The notes under the pieces: generated by a model
Seen by the model: the letters and a program-made list of their open reading frames with translations, nothing else
Database searches by the model: none
Told to the model about the DNA's origin: nothing
DNA from: Gemmatimonadales bacterium
GTDB taxonomy: Bacteria > Gemmatimonadota > Gemmatimonadetes > Gemmatimonadales > GWC2-71-9
Assembly: GCA_039794085.1 (NCBI GenBank)
Contig: JBDIWC010000010.1
Coordinates: 1 to 64,000 of the forward strand
Length of the DNA: 64,000 nt
Reading direction: 5' to 3'
Program-made: the position numbers and the translations under genes
In this document: positions 9,254 through 24,589 of the stretch, in pieces
Numbering within the stretch: the stretch's first letter is position 1
Layout: every line of letters starts with the position of its first letter

Positions 9254-11219
9254 GCTTCTTCGGCGCGGGCCTCGCGCTCATTCTCCTCGCTGGGTTGAGT
9301 GCCTTCCTGCTGGAGGGCCACGGGCGGCTGGCCGGTAGAGTGTTCGCCACGGGCCTCGTGGGGGGGGGAGTCCTGGCCGCATGGCCCGCCCTCGGCCTGT
9401 TGGGAACAATGGACTCGTCCTTCTCCGTGGCCGGTGGCGCCTTCGGAATGGATCTCCTCTCCGCCTGGTTTCTCGTGCTCCTGCTCGTGGTCGGGATGGC
9501 CACGGGGGTCTACGGTGTGCCCTACCTGGCGAAGGCGCACCCCCATCGAGGGGCCGGCCGAATACATCTGGCGTTCACCGTCCTGCTGGTCTCGGTGGCC
9601 GGCGTGTTCGCCGCACGGACCGTGGGGACATTTCTGGCCTCCTGGGAGGTCATGGCGATTTCCGCCTACCTGCTCATCATGGTGGATCATGACCAGGCGC
9701 CGGTGCGGCGCGCGGGCTTCATCTACCTGGTTCTCACCCATACGAGCACCCTCGCCCTGGTGGCGATGTTCGCGGCCTGGACCGGCGGGGAGGCCGGGGG
9801 GGGGGGATGGACCGCACCCTTCGACCACCTGGCGGGTGCCTCGGGCGGTCCGCTCTTTCCCCTGACGCTGATCCTGCTCCTTGCCCTGGGGGGATTCGGG
9901 ATCAAGGCGGGAATCGTTCCGGTGCACTTCTGGTTGCCCGGCGCCCACGCGGCCGCCCCCTCCCATGTCTCCGCCTTTCTGTCGGGGGTCATGATCAAGA
10001 GCGGTATCTACGGACTGCTCCGGGTGCTGATGCTTCTTCACCCCGTGCCCCCCCCCGCCTGGTGGGGGTGGACCCTTCTGGCGCTGGGGCTCGGGTCTGC
10101 CGTCCTCGGTGTGCTCTGGGCCCTGGCCCAGCACGACATCAAGCGACTCCTGGCATATCACAGTGTGGAGAATATCGGCATCATCCTGCTGGGCCTGGGG
10201 GTCGGCGCTCTCGGCGTGGCCTATCATCAGCCCGCCCTGGCTCTGCTGGGTGTCGCCGGGGCGCTGGTCCACACCCTCAACCATGCGTTGTTCAAGAGCC
10301 TTCTCTTCCTGGGCGCCGGGGCCGTGGTGCTGGCCGCCGGCACCCGGCAGATCGATCGTCTGGGTGGCTTCGCCCGCGCCATGCCGCTCACCGCCTCGGC
10401 CTTTCTCGTCGGTTCCCTGGCCATTGTCGGGCTGCCGCCGCTCAACGGCTTCGTGAGCGAGTGGATGATCTTCCGGGGCCTGCTCGAAACCGGCACCCTC
10501 CCGGGCGCCGTCCGGATCGCCAGTCTCGCCGTGGTGGGCCTGGCCCTCACCGGCGCTCTCGCGCTGGCGTGCTTCACCAAGCTCTACGGCACGGTGTTCC
10601 ACGGGATGCCGCGATCGGGGGCGCCCGGCATGGCCCGCGGGGTGGACGCCGGGTTGACCTGGCCGCAATGGGCTCTCGCGACCGCGTGCATCGGAGTGGG
10701 TGTGCTGCCCTTCGTGGTGGTTCCGGTGGCGGTGGGTGCCGCCGGCGTGGTTCTCGGCGGAACCGCCACCCTGGTGGGGGGCGGAGTTGACCGGGTGGTC
10801 GACGGCAGTACCACGATCGCCGGGATCGCGCTCGGACTGGTCCTTGTCCTCGCGCTGGTCGGATGGATTCGGTGGAGGAGGGGCTCTCGAGACATCGCTC
10901 GCGTGGGCGACACCTGGGCCTGTGCCTATCCACATGTCACCAGCCGCATGCAATACGGGGCGTCGAGCTACGCAGCCGGCCTGATGGCCGCCTTTGGACC
11001 GATGACCGGATCCCGGGTCGTCTCCCATCCGGGCTCGTTTCACGTCCAGGTCGCGGATCCGGTGCTGGACACCGTGGGGCTGCCGGTCTGGGAGCGGGTC
11101 AGCCGCGCGGCCGCGCGCCTCCGCTTTCTGCAGACCGGCCGCCTTCGCTGGTATCTGATCTACCTGATTCTCTCCCTGGTGGCCTTGCTCCTCTACCTCT
11201 GGTCGGTGACGACGTCGCA

Positions 11220-11223
<4 letters not shown>
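9250..11223 (+). CDS. HyfB/NuoL-MrpA-like proton-translocating membrane subunit (copy 2)
   Basis: ATGA overlap with the previous gene; FLASWEVMA, KAGIVPVHFWLPGAH, LAYHSVENIG, GLPPLNGFVSEW. Confidence 0.9.
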
Positions 11224-12131
<908 letters not shown>

Positions 12132-12140
12132 GACCTTCTG

Positions 12141-12779
12141 ATGCATTCCTTCCATGAACTCCTGATGCTCCTGGTCGTTCTCACGAACTTCTGGATCCTC
12201 GGAACCACCCGGCTGAGCGCCGCCATCCGGGCCGTCGCCATCCAGGGTGCCCTCCTGGCGGCCCTTCCGTTGGCGCTGGATCCGGGGCTCTCCCCGCATG
12301 TGCTGGGGCTCGCGGCGGGCACCCTGGTGGTCAAGACGATCCTCCTGCCGATGTTCCTGCTGCGCGCCATTCGTGAAGCCGCCATCCGCCGCGAGATCGA
12401 ACCGCTCATCGGGTATACCACCTCCATCCTGCTGGGGGCGGCCATTGTGGCGCTGGCCTTCAGCGTCGCGCCCCGGCTGCCTCTGCCCGAGATGGAGAGC
12501 ACGCTGCTGGTGCCGGTCGCCCTGTCCACCGCGATGATCGGCCTTCTGGTTCTCACCACCCGGAGCAAGGCCGTCACCCAGGTGACGGGGTATCTCATTT
12601 TCGAGAACGGCATCTACGTCTTCGGCTTGAGCCAGATTGAGCGTGTTCCCTTCCTGGTCGAGGTCGGAGTCCTTCTGGATATCTTCGTCGGCGTGTTTGT
12701 CATGGGGATCGTGCTGTTCCACATCAACCGGGAGTTCGACTCGCTCGATTCCGCCCGCCTGACGGAGCTGCACGACTGA
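12141..12779 (+). CDS. HyfE-like membrane subunit
   Basis: Hydrophobic 212 aa; QVTGYLIFENGI, VEVGVLLDIFVGV; position in the operon. Confidence 0.85.
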   Translation: MHSFHELLMLLVVLTNFWILGTTRLSAAIRAVAIQGALLAALPLALDPGLSPHVLGLAAGTLVVKTILLPMFLLRAIREAAIRREIEPLIGYTTSILLGAAIVALAFSVAPRLPLPEMESTLLVPVALSTAMIGLLVLTTRSKAVTQVTGYLIFENGIYVFGLSQIERVPFLVEVGVLLDIFVGVFVMGIVLFHINREFDSLDSARLTELHD

Positions 12780-14248
12780 TGCTGCTTTTCGGACTGATCC
12801 TGCTGCCGGTGATGACCAGCCTCCTCGCGTACGGAAGCCGCGCCCACGGCGTCCGGATGACCCTTCTCCTGGCCACGGCGATCGGGCACAGCGCCGGAGT
12901 GGCGACACTCTGGACCCGTTCCGTCCCCGGCGTGATGGGCGGGTGGCTTCGGGTCGACGCCCTGGGCCTGCTGGTGCTGACCGTGGTGAGCCTGCTCTTT
13001 CTGGCTGTGGCGGTGTATACCCTCGGTTTTCTCCGCCATGACCCCTCCCGCGGGCCGGGGAGAGGGCTGTTCGTCGCCTGTCTCCTCGCCTTTCTGGCCG
13101 CCGCGACGCTCGTGGCACTGTCCCATCACCTGGCGCTGCTCTGGGTCGGAATGGAGGCGACGACCCTCTCGCTCGCCCCCCTGGTCTTCCACCGTCGCGA
13201 CCGTCGCTCCCTCGAGGCCGTCTGGAAGTACCTCATCCTCTCCTCGGTCGGGATCGGCCTGGCGCTCTTCGGAACCTTCTTCATGGCTGCCGCCCAGACC
13301 ACGGGCCAGCCGCTCGTGCTGGAGGATCTGGTGCGTCACGCCGAGACGCTCCAGCCCGGGCTCCTGCGGGCGGCGTTCGTCTTTTTCCTCGTCGGGTATG
13401 GCACGAAGATGGGACTCGCGCCCCTGCACTCCTGGAAGCCCGACACCTACGGGGAAGCGCCCGGCCTGGTCGGGGCCCTCATGGCGGGTGCCCTCACGAG
13501 TTGTGCCTTCCTCGGTCTCGCGCGGGGAACCACCGTCATGGCCGCCGCCGGCCAGGCCGCCTTCATGCGTCCGGCGTTGCTCGCCTTCGGCCTCGCATCG
13601 CTCGTGGTCAGTGCCGGCTTCATCATCGGCCAGACCGACATGAAGCGCCTGCTGGCCTATTCCAGCGTGGAACACATGGGTCTCCTGGTGCTCGGTCTGG
13701 GCATCGGAGGCGCGGGGAGCTATGGCACCGTGCTGCACCTCCTCAACAATGGGCTGACCAAGGGACTCCTGTTCCTGGTGGTCAGCAATCTGGTCCTGTT
13801 TTACGGGACCTCGGAGGCGGAGAAGGTGACCGGGGTGTTGCGACGCGCGCCCTGGTCGGGGGCCCTGCTCCTCACGGGCCTCTTCGCCGTCACCGGGTCT
13901 CCGCCCTTCGGGTTGTTCGTGAGCGAGCTCACGATTCTCGGGGCGGCCATTCACCGGGACCTCGTCTGGCTTGCGATCGTGATGGTGGTGCTGTTGGCGG
14001 TCATCTTCATCGGAATGGCCCGGATGATCCTGAATGTCGTCTACGGTGGGGCGCATCACGCGGAGGAGAGCGCGGGCGGGGGAGGAGCGACGGGACGGGA
14101 CGGGAAGCCGTTCCGGGAAACCTGGCTCCTTCTGGCCGGCCCGCTCGTGCTCGCGGCGCTGGTGCTGCTGCTCGGTGTGCACATTCCCGCACCCCTCCAT
14201 GCCCTCCTGGACCAGGCGGCCCAGGCGCTGGGAGGGACCGCGCCATGA
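12779..14248 (+). CDS. HyfF-like proton-translocating membrane subunit
   Basis: WVGMEATTL, EAVWKY, GYGTKMGLAPLHSWKPD, KRLLAYSSVEHMG, GSPPFGLFVSE. Confidence 0.9.
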   Translation: MLLFGLILLPVMTSLLAYGSRAHGVRMTLLLATAIGHSAGVATLWTRSVPGVMGGWLRVDALGLLVLTVVSLLFLAVAVYTLGFLRHDPSRGPGRGLFVACLLAFLAAATLVALSHHLALLWVGMEATTLSLAPLVFHRRDRRSLEAVWKYLILSSVGIGLALFGTFFMAAAQTTGQPLVLEDLVRHAETLQPGLLRAAFVFFLVGYGTKMGLAPLHSWKPDTYGEAPGLVGALMAGALTSCAFLGLARGTTVMAAAGQAAFMRPALLAFGLASLVVSAGFIIGQTDMKRLLAYSSVEHMGLLVLGLGIGGAGSYGTVLHLLNNGLTKGLLFLVVSNLVLFYGTSEAEKVTGVLRRAPWSGALLLTGLFAVTGSPPFGLFVSELTILGAAIHRDLVWLAIVMVVLLAVIFIGMARMILNVVYGGAHHAEESAGGGGATGRDGKPFRETWLLLAGPLVLAALVLLLGVHIPAPLHALLDQAAQALGGTAP

Positions 14249-15780
14249 CCCGGTTCGATGAACTCGGGCTGCGGAACCGGCGGGCCATCCCCTTCGCCAG
14301 CGTCCCGACGGAAGCCCCGGAGTCCTTCCGCTCCACCGTGGTGGACGCCGTCCGGGCGGGCTGGCGGATGGTGGCCTACTTCGGTCTCCCCGAGAGCCAG
14401 GACCAGACCCGCCTCCTCGCCGTGCTCGCCGACGACGCCCGGGGGGAGCTCGGGGCCACCAGCACGATCGTGGCGGAGAGCTATCCGGCCCTCACGCCGG
14501 ATTGCCCCCAGGTCCACTATTTCGAGAGGGAGATTGCGGAACAGTGCGGGGTGCGTCCCGAGGGACATCCGTCCCTGAAACCGGTGCGCCGCCATCCGCC
14601 GGACCATGCTCCGGGGGGGGGAGGCGGGAGGGGGGGGGGCGCGCGCGCGGGGGACGAGATCGACCGGGAGCGATACCCCTTTTTCCAGATGGAGAGCGAG
14701 GAGGTCCACGAGGTCGCGGTGGGCCCGGTCCACGCCGGGATCATCGAGCCGGGTCATTTCCGGTTCCAGGCGCATGGCGAGGAGATTCTGCACCTGGAGA
14801 TCATGCTGGGGTACCAGCACCGCGGGGTCGAGGCGCTGTTGGAGAACCTGGATCGGCCCCGCTCGGTCCTGGTCGCCGAATCGATCGCGGGAGACACCGT
14901 GATCGGACACGGGGGGACCCACTGCAGTGCCCTCGAGGCCTTGGCCCGGTCGCACAAGACCCCGCGGGCGCAGGCCATCCGCGGCATCGCGCTGGAGCTG
15001 GAACGGCTGGCCAATCACATCGGTGACCTGGGCGCTATCGCCGGCGACGTGGCCTATCAGCCCGCCGCGGCCTATTTCGGGCGAATGCGAGGCGAGTGCC
15101 TCAACCTTCTGATGAGCCTGAGCGGCAACCGCTACGGCCGTGGGCTCATCCGCCTCGGGGGGACGCTCCTGGATCTTCCGCCCGGGATGGCGGCCGAGAT
15201 GATCGACCGGCTCCATCGCCTCCGCAGCGAATTGGAGCCGGTGGCCGGCCTCATGCTCGAAAGCGCGTCGGTCCAGGCCCGGTTGGAGGGCGTGGGCGTT
15301 CTCCGCCGGGAGGCCTGCCTCGAGCTGGGCATCGTGGGTCCGCCGGCGCGCGCCTCCGAGGTACGCCGGGACGTGCGGCACGATCACCCGTACGGCCTGT
15401 TCCGGTTTGCTCACATTCCGGTGGCGGGGGCGTGGGCGGGGGACGTGCACGCCCGGGCCCTGGTCCGCTGGGTGGAGGTGAGGCGTTCCCTGGACTTCGT
15501 GGTCGAACAGATCGCGGCCCTGCCGCGGGGAGCGATCCGGGTGGACTGTGGTGACCTGCGGCCCGGGGAGATGGTGGTCGCCATGAGTGAAGGATGGCGC
15601 GGCGAGATTGCCCATGTGGTCATCACCGACTCGGTGGGTCGGATCCGGCGGTACAAGGTCGTGGATCCCTCCTTCCACAACTGGAGCGGGGTGGCGGCCT
15701 GCATGCCGGGCACCCAGATGTCCGATTTTCCCCTCTGCAACAAGAGCTTCAACCTCTCCTACGCGGGGCATGATCTCTGA
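14245..15780 (+). CDS. HyfG/HycE-like (NuoC-NuoD fusion) large subunit lacking NiFe-binding cysteines (Ehr-type)
   Basis: FEREIAEQ, VGPVHAGIIEPGHFRF, LGYQHRG, ALELERLANH, EGWRGE, DPSFHNW; L1 region reads ESIAGDT and the C-terminus reads NKSFNLSYAGHDL, with no CxxC pairs. Confidence 0.9.
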   Translation: MTRFDELGLRNRRAIPFASVPTEAPESFRSTVVDAVRAGWRMVAYFGLPESQDQTRLLAVLADDARGELGATSTIVAESYPALTPDCPQVHYFEREIAEQCGVRPEGHPSLKPVRRHPPDHAPGGGGGRGGGARAGDEIDRERYPFFQMESEEVHEVAVGPVHAGIIEPGHFRFQAHGEEILHLEIMLGYQHRGVEALLENLDRPRSVLVAESIAGDTVIGHGGTHCSALEALARSHKTPRAQAIRGIALELERLANHIGDLGAIAGDVAYQPAAAYFGRMRGECLNLLMSLSGNRYGRGLIRLGGTLLDLPPGMAAEMIDRLHRLRSELEPVAGLMLESASVQARLEGVGVLRREACLELGIVGPPARASEVRRDVRHDHPYGLFRFAHIPVAGAWAGDVHARALVRWVEVRRSLDFVVEQIAALPRGAIRVDCGDLRPGEMVVAMSEGWRGEIAHVVITDSVGRIRRYKVVDPSFHNWSGVAACMPGTQMSDFPLCNKSFNLSYAGHDL

Positions 15781-16550
15781 TGCTCAAGTTTCTGCTCACC
15801 CGGGTTCGGCAGGGGACGCGAACCGCCTCCTTTCCGGACGGGGACGCCGGCTTTCCCGAGCGATTCCGGGGCCGTCCCGGATTCGACGCCGCCCGGTGTC
15901 CGAAGGGCTGCCGGACCTGCCGGACCGAGGCGCCGACCGGTCTCCTGGTGCAGGACGACCGGGGCGGAACGAGGATGGACCTCGGGGCCTGCCTGTTCTC
16001 GCCGGAGGAGGCGGCGGCATGCCCGCACCAGGCGGTGACGTTCACCACCGACCACGCCATGGCGTCGCGGACTCGCGAGGGGCTCCTCTCCCCGGATGGC
16101 GAGATCCCCGGCGTCACCGCCCTTGACGCGCGCATGCGCCGGCTTTTTGGCCGGTCTCTGCGGCTGCGGTCGGTCGTGGCCGGGAGCTGCGGGGGGTGCG
16201 AGGCGGAGCTGAATGCACTGGGCAACGTGGTATTCGACATGGCCCGGTTCGGGGTGCAATTCGTGGCGAGTCCCCGTCACGCGGATGGGATCCTCCTGAC
16301 CGGGGCGGTGAGCCGGAACATGCGTTCGGCGCTCCAGCGGACCTACGAGGCGGTGGCCGAGCCGCGGCTGGTCATTGTGGCGGGAGCGTGTGCGATCAGT
16401 GGCGGGCCCTTTCGGGGGAGTCTGGAGGTGGGGGACGGGGTCCCGGCGGATCTGCCGGTGGACCTCTGGATTCCCGGGTGTCCTCCGCATCCCCTGACGA
16501 TTCTCGATGGTCTGTTGCGTCTGGTGGGCCGAATCGAATCCCGCGGGTGA
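15780..16550 (+). CDS. HyfI/HycG (NuoB-like) Fe-S small subunit with an N-terminal degenerate ferredoxin-like segment
   Basis: GSCGGCEAE, SPRHADG, GACAISGG, IPGCPPHP; N-terminal CPKGCRTC...LGACLFS...ACP. Confidence 0.88.
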   Translation: MLKFLLTRVRQGTRTASFPDGDAGFPERFRGRPGFDAARCPKGCRTCRTEAPTGLLVQDDRGGTRMDLGACLFSPEEAAACPHQAVTFTTDHAMASRTREGLLSPDGEIPGVTALDARMRRLFGRSLRLRSVVAGSCGGCEAELNALGNVVFDMARFGVQFVASPRHADGILLTGAVSRNMRSALQRTYEAVAEPRLVIVAGACAISGGPFRGSLEVGDGVPADLPVDLWIPGCPPHPLTILDGLLRLVGRIESRG

Positions 16551-16593
16551 GCCGGGTGTGACCGCCGCGGTGGGGGGTAGGGAAGGCGGGGGA

Positions 16594-17816
16594 GGAGCCG
16601 GGAGTTGGGAATAGGGAGTGGGGTGTAGGGGCGACGCATGCGTCGCCCGTGCCCCAGGTGGAGCAGGGTAGACACATCGATCGCCACGGCCGCGGCGGGG
16701 GAGGGGGATGGCCACACAAAAGCACAGAAGTCACAAGAGGCACACCTCGGTGCGCATGGGGTCCCACCAGGGGCGAGAGAGGGTTTCTGTGCCTTTTGTG
16801 CTTCTTGTGGTTGGCTCCGGGGGGTGGGGGGGGGGAGAGGGCTCCGGAGGGATAGGAACCCATGCCGAAGCCGGAAGAGCCCAACCCTGAAGTGGATGGA
16901 CACGACTGGTGAACTCGAATCACTGAGCGCCGTGACCAGGCGGTTGGCGTTCCCCTGGGCGAAGGCGTCCCCGGGGAACCCACGCGACCCCGAGGAGCCT
17001 CTTTGGATTCGGCTGTGCCGGCTTGGGGAATGGGGAATAACAGAGTAGAGGGTCGGGGGTAGCTCGTTGTCGCCAGGCTTCCCTGCTGGAATCCCCACTT
17101 CCCCATCCCCGGCACCCTACTCCCGACTCCCTATTCCCGAGTCCCTATTCCCTATTCCCTATTCCCTAACCCGGCAGAGCCGGAACCAAAGATGCATGTC
17201 GAGTTTTCGCGTGAGTTCCCCGGGGCTTTCGCCCCGGGCTCGGCGGCGAGAGGCCGTTCACACGGCCGGGTGTTCGTCTGGGCTCCCGGTGGCGTGAGCC
17301 ACCTCCCCCGGCCGAGCAAGGGGCGTCAGCCCCGGGAAACGCCACTCGCCGGGTCACGGCGCACTCCGCGACGCGAAGGCATACAAGTGGAATACATTCC
17401 GAACCGCCGTCAAACGCAGTACCAGCGTGGGTTTCCGGGCGTCGCCCAAAATATTGTTGCCATTTTGTGTTCAATTTTGTCCGTAGGGGACTACTCCCTA
17501 AGCCGGCAGAGCCGGAACCACAGAGGCGCCGAGTACCTCTCCCCACCCCCAGAGCCAACCACAAGAAGCACAAAAGGCACAGAAACCTCTCTCGCCCCTG
17601 GTGGGACCCCATGCGCACCGAGGTGTGCCTCTTGTGACTTCTGTGCTTTTTGTGGCCATTCCCCTTGCCCGGCGCGGCCGATGCGATCGCCGTGACCCGA
17701 ACGGTCGGCGGGGGGGGGTCGGGAGTCGCCCACAATATTGTTGCCGTTTTGTGTTCAATTCTGTCCGTAAGGGACTATTCCCTATTCCCTATTCCCGACT
17801 CCCTGTTCCCACTCCC
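16594..17816. repeat. Non-coding modular repeat region forming a large imperfect inverted repeat (7-mer tracts, 9-mer palindromic module, REP-like palindromes, 60-bp direct repeat)
   Basis: 16708-16817 is the reverse complement of 17552-17659 (2 differences by eye); 17441-17500 matches 17725-17784; (CTATTCC)n tracts at 17117-17165 and 17775-17816. Confidence 0.9.
16625..16648 (+). repeat. GTAG-tagged REP-like palindrome
   Basis: GTAG-GGGCGACGCATGCGTCGCCC: GTAG tag followed by a perfect 20-bp palindrome. Confidence 0.8.
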
Positions 17817-17916
17817 CCCTTGCCTTGAGCGATCCTGTTCATTAGGATTGCCCTCCCGCCGCGAGGGGTTCCGAGGCGGGCGCGCAAGTGAAGTCAGGGT
17901 GTGGTTTTGGGAGGGG

Positions 17917-17945
17917 TTGACGGGGCGCGGAACTGGTGTTAAGAT
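17917..17945 (+). promoter_or_regulatory. rrn sigma70 promoter with extended -10
   Basis: TTGACG-N17-TAAGAT preceded by TGn; boxA-like GCTCTTTGACAA at 17993-18004. Confidence 0.75.
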
Positions 17946-18145
17946 TGTGGGCTCTCGCGGAACACGGCCGAGAGTGTACAGATTGAGTCAACGCTCTTTG
18001 ACAAGTGAACGGAATGGGAATCAACGGAAGTGCGGACCCGCATGATCCGTTCGGGGCAGAGCCCGGGCGGAAAGGGTTTGAACTCTGATTGTGATTCGGA
18101 CGATGGAAAAACCATCGTTCGTTGATGAGCTGTGATATTGAACTT

Positions 18146-19672
<1,527 letters not shown>

Positions 19673-19886
19673 GGAGTGACGAGTAGCCGCCGGGCTTGCC
19701 CGGGGCGCGAAAGTCCTCTGGTGTCGCCCGCGCTTTCGTCTCCCATTCCCGTTCACGGCTCTTTGACAATTGAGGGATCCGGATGGAAATGGACGTGAAC
19801 TCCGGTTCGCGTCCGGTGTGAGGAATCAACACCAAGGCCCGGGGGCTGCGTATCGCAATGCGGCGCCCGGGAAACACAAAGTGTGA

Positions 19887-22840
<2,954 letters not shown>

Positions 22841-22909
22841 CTTCCCCCTTTTCTGGGACCTCACACCTCCCTTCCATCCGGCCTCAATTGCCATAAGATC
22901 ACTACTTAT

Positions 22910-23027
22910 GGCTGACGACTAGCGCGCGGGGGCCACACCCGTTCCCATTCCGAACACGGTCGTTAAGACCCGCAGCGTCGATGGTACTGCCACTGAGAGG
23001 TGGTGGGAGAGTAGACCGTCGCCAGCC
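22910..23027 (+). rRNA. rrf: 5S ribosomal RNA
   Basis: CCCGTTCCCATTCCGAACACGG, GATGGTACTG, GGGAGAGTAG; terminal helix GGCTGACGAC/GTCGCCAGCC. Confidence 0.97.
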
Positions 23028-23036
23028 TTCTCTGTG

Positions 23037-23078
23037 AACGCCCGATCCCTCCTGGGGGTCGGGCGTTTCTGTTTCTTC
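23037..23078 (+). terminator. Rho-independent terminator of rrn
   Basis: AACGCCCGATCCC-loop-GGGGTCGGGCGTT followed by a T-rich tail. Confidence 0.75.
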
Positions 23079-23242
23079 ACCTCCGCGATCCAAGAACTGT
23101 TTCGGAAAACAGCTCTCCTTTTCGGGTATCCTCCGCTGGGGCACCTCTGGGGAGGGCTTTTCCATCGTGACTCCTACGGGCTATTCTTGGTTCTTCGGTC
23201 AGATGGATTGTGATGGACGATCGCCCTGGGAGGGATCTAATA

Positions 23243-24103
23243 ATGGGTCGACGGCGTAAACCCTCGAAATACACCGATCCAACATCAGACGAATTTCGTA
23301 GGCTCGTGAGGATGTACTTCGAATCCCACGGTGTCAGCCTTGAGATGCGTGTTGATCGAGCTTTCGAGAGCCTGTCGATCCCTCGACGGCATGGTGAGCA
23401 GTATGTGGACTTGGTCGAAGATAAGGTAAGGGAGGTCGATGTTGTTGGTGATATTGGTGTGTGCGATGAGGAAGGTAGACTCGCATGGTGGCGCCTGGTC
23501 GTCGAGTGTAAGTACACTCATGGGGCTTGGGCTGTTATCAGGGAAAAGGGCGCATTCGCGTGGTGTCTGCGCTGTGTTCCGGGACTTCATCGCGATTCCC
23601 TGCTAACCTACTGGGAAAGCGTCCCGCAGGATTCTCGTTCGGGCAAGGCGTTCTTTCAGGGCCGGTACTTCAGCACCGTATTGCACTCGTTGGAAGAGAG
23701 CGAAGGTGAACAGGGTGAAAAGGGAAGGGATACAGTCATCAAGGGTTCTACGGAAGCGCATTCGGCGCTAATGCAAGTTGTCTCCGCAGCTTTGGCAATT
23801 CAAAAGAAATCCGAATCGGAACCTTGGGCATCCAGCCAGGTGCGAGTTCTTGTGGAGGCCGTGATTGTGCTCGGTGGCGGCCCTCTGCTGCGGGTGGAGC
23901 GTAGGTACGATGAGAAAATCGAAATCTCGGACTTGGAAATGATCTCGATTCCGCAAGTGCATCCCTTGGCGCGCCATCCAGTGTACGTCACCCTGGTGAC
24001 GGCGGATCACTTCCCGACGTATCTGGAGTGGATCAAGACGCATGCGCCAGAAGTGCTCAGCGAAGCGATCCCGTTCCTCCATTCGCCACGAAGATCCTCC
24101 TGA
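23243..24103 (+). CDS. Lower-GC hypothetical protein, possible PD-(D/E)XK nuclease fold
   Basis: ATG 23243 with GGAGG upstream; LEMRV...VREVDVVG...LVVECKY; many A/T-ending codons unlike neighbouring genes. Confidence 0.65.
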   Translation: MGRRRKPSKYTDPTSDEFRRLVRMYFESHGVSLEMRVDRAFESLSIPRRHGEQYVDLVEDKVREVDVVGDIGVCDEEGRLAWWRLVVECKYTHGAWAVIREKGAFAWCLRCVPGLHRDSLLTYWESVPQDSRSGKAFFQGRYFSTVLHSLEESEGEQGEKGRDTVIKGSTEAHSALMQVVSAALAIQKKSESEPWASSQVRVLVEAVIVLGGGPLLRVERRYDEKIEISDLEMISIPQVHPLARHPVYVTLVTADHFPTYLEWIKTHAPEVLSEAIPFLHSPRRSS

Positions 24104-24150
24104 GGGTTATGATTCTGCCACTTCAGGCTTCGGCATCGGCCCCATGTTAG

Positions 24151-24480
24151 CCGGAGCCCCTCCCCTCGCCTCGAAGGGCAACCACAAAAGGCACAATAGG
24201 CACAAACCTGCTCTAACCTGAGCACCGGAGCGCCTCGCCTGCACCCTCCGGAAGCAACCGAGGATCACACAGAGGACGCAGAGCGAATCCTACCCAGGCT
24301 GCTTCCGAGTCGAGGCGGTGTCGGGAGGCGCGGCTCGGTGTCATCTGTGTCATCTGTGGTTCCGCCTCCTTCCCAACAGCGCGGGATCTCGTGCTTCTTG
24401 TGCCTTTTGTGCCTCTTGTGGCCATTCCCCCGCCTGCCTGACCACCGGAGCCCCTCACCTCACTCCGAGAGCCAACCACA
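24151..24480. repeat. Nested inverted 9-mer repeats (CACAAAAGG / CACAGAGGA type) plus 3 copies of CCGGAGCSCCTC
   Basis: 24180-24205 pairs with 24389-24423; 24256-24283 pairs with 24334-24361; shares GTGGCCATTCCCC and GAGCCAACCAC with the 17.6-kb module. Confidence 0.8.
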
Positions 24481-24589
24481 CGACGGCGTGAAGAACCCTG
24501 GACAGGGCCGGTCCAAGTTCCCCTCGCCTAAACCAAGACCGGATGAGCCCACAATAACAGGCAAAGGGTGGCAACGGCTATCTTTCGCC

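Noticed and set aside
14245..15780. Functional [NiFe]-hydrogenase or formate hydrogenlyase
   Set aside because: Both Ni-binding CxxC motifs are absent; no maturases or formate dehydrogenase nearby
17168..17784. CRISPR array
   Set aside because: Only two direct copies, 200-250-nt interiors, and no cas genes in the window
16343..18045. ORFs in the repeat region (e.g. HKKHKRH- or FCAFCASC-containing)
   Set aside because: They are translations of 7- and 9-mer repeats, with no codon bias or recognisable domain
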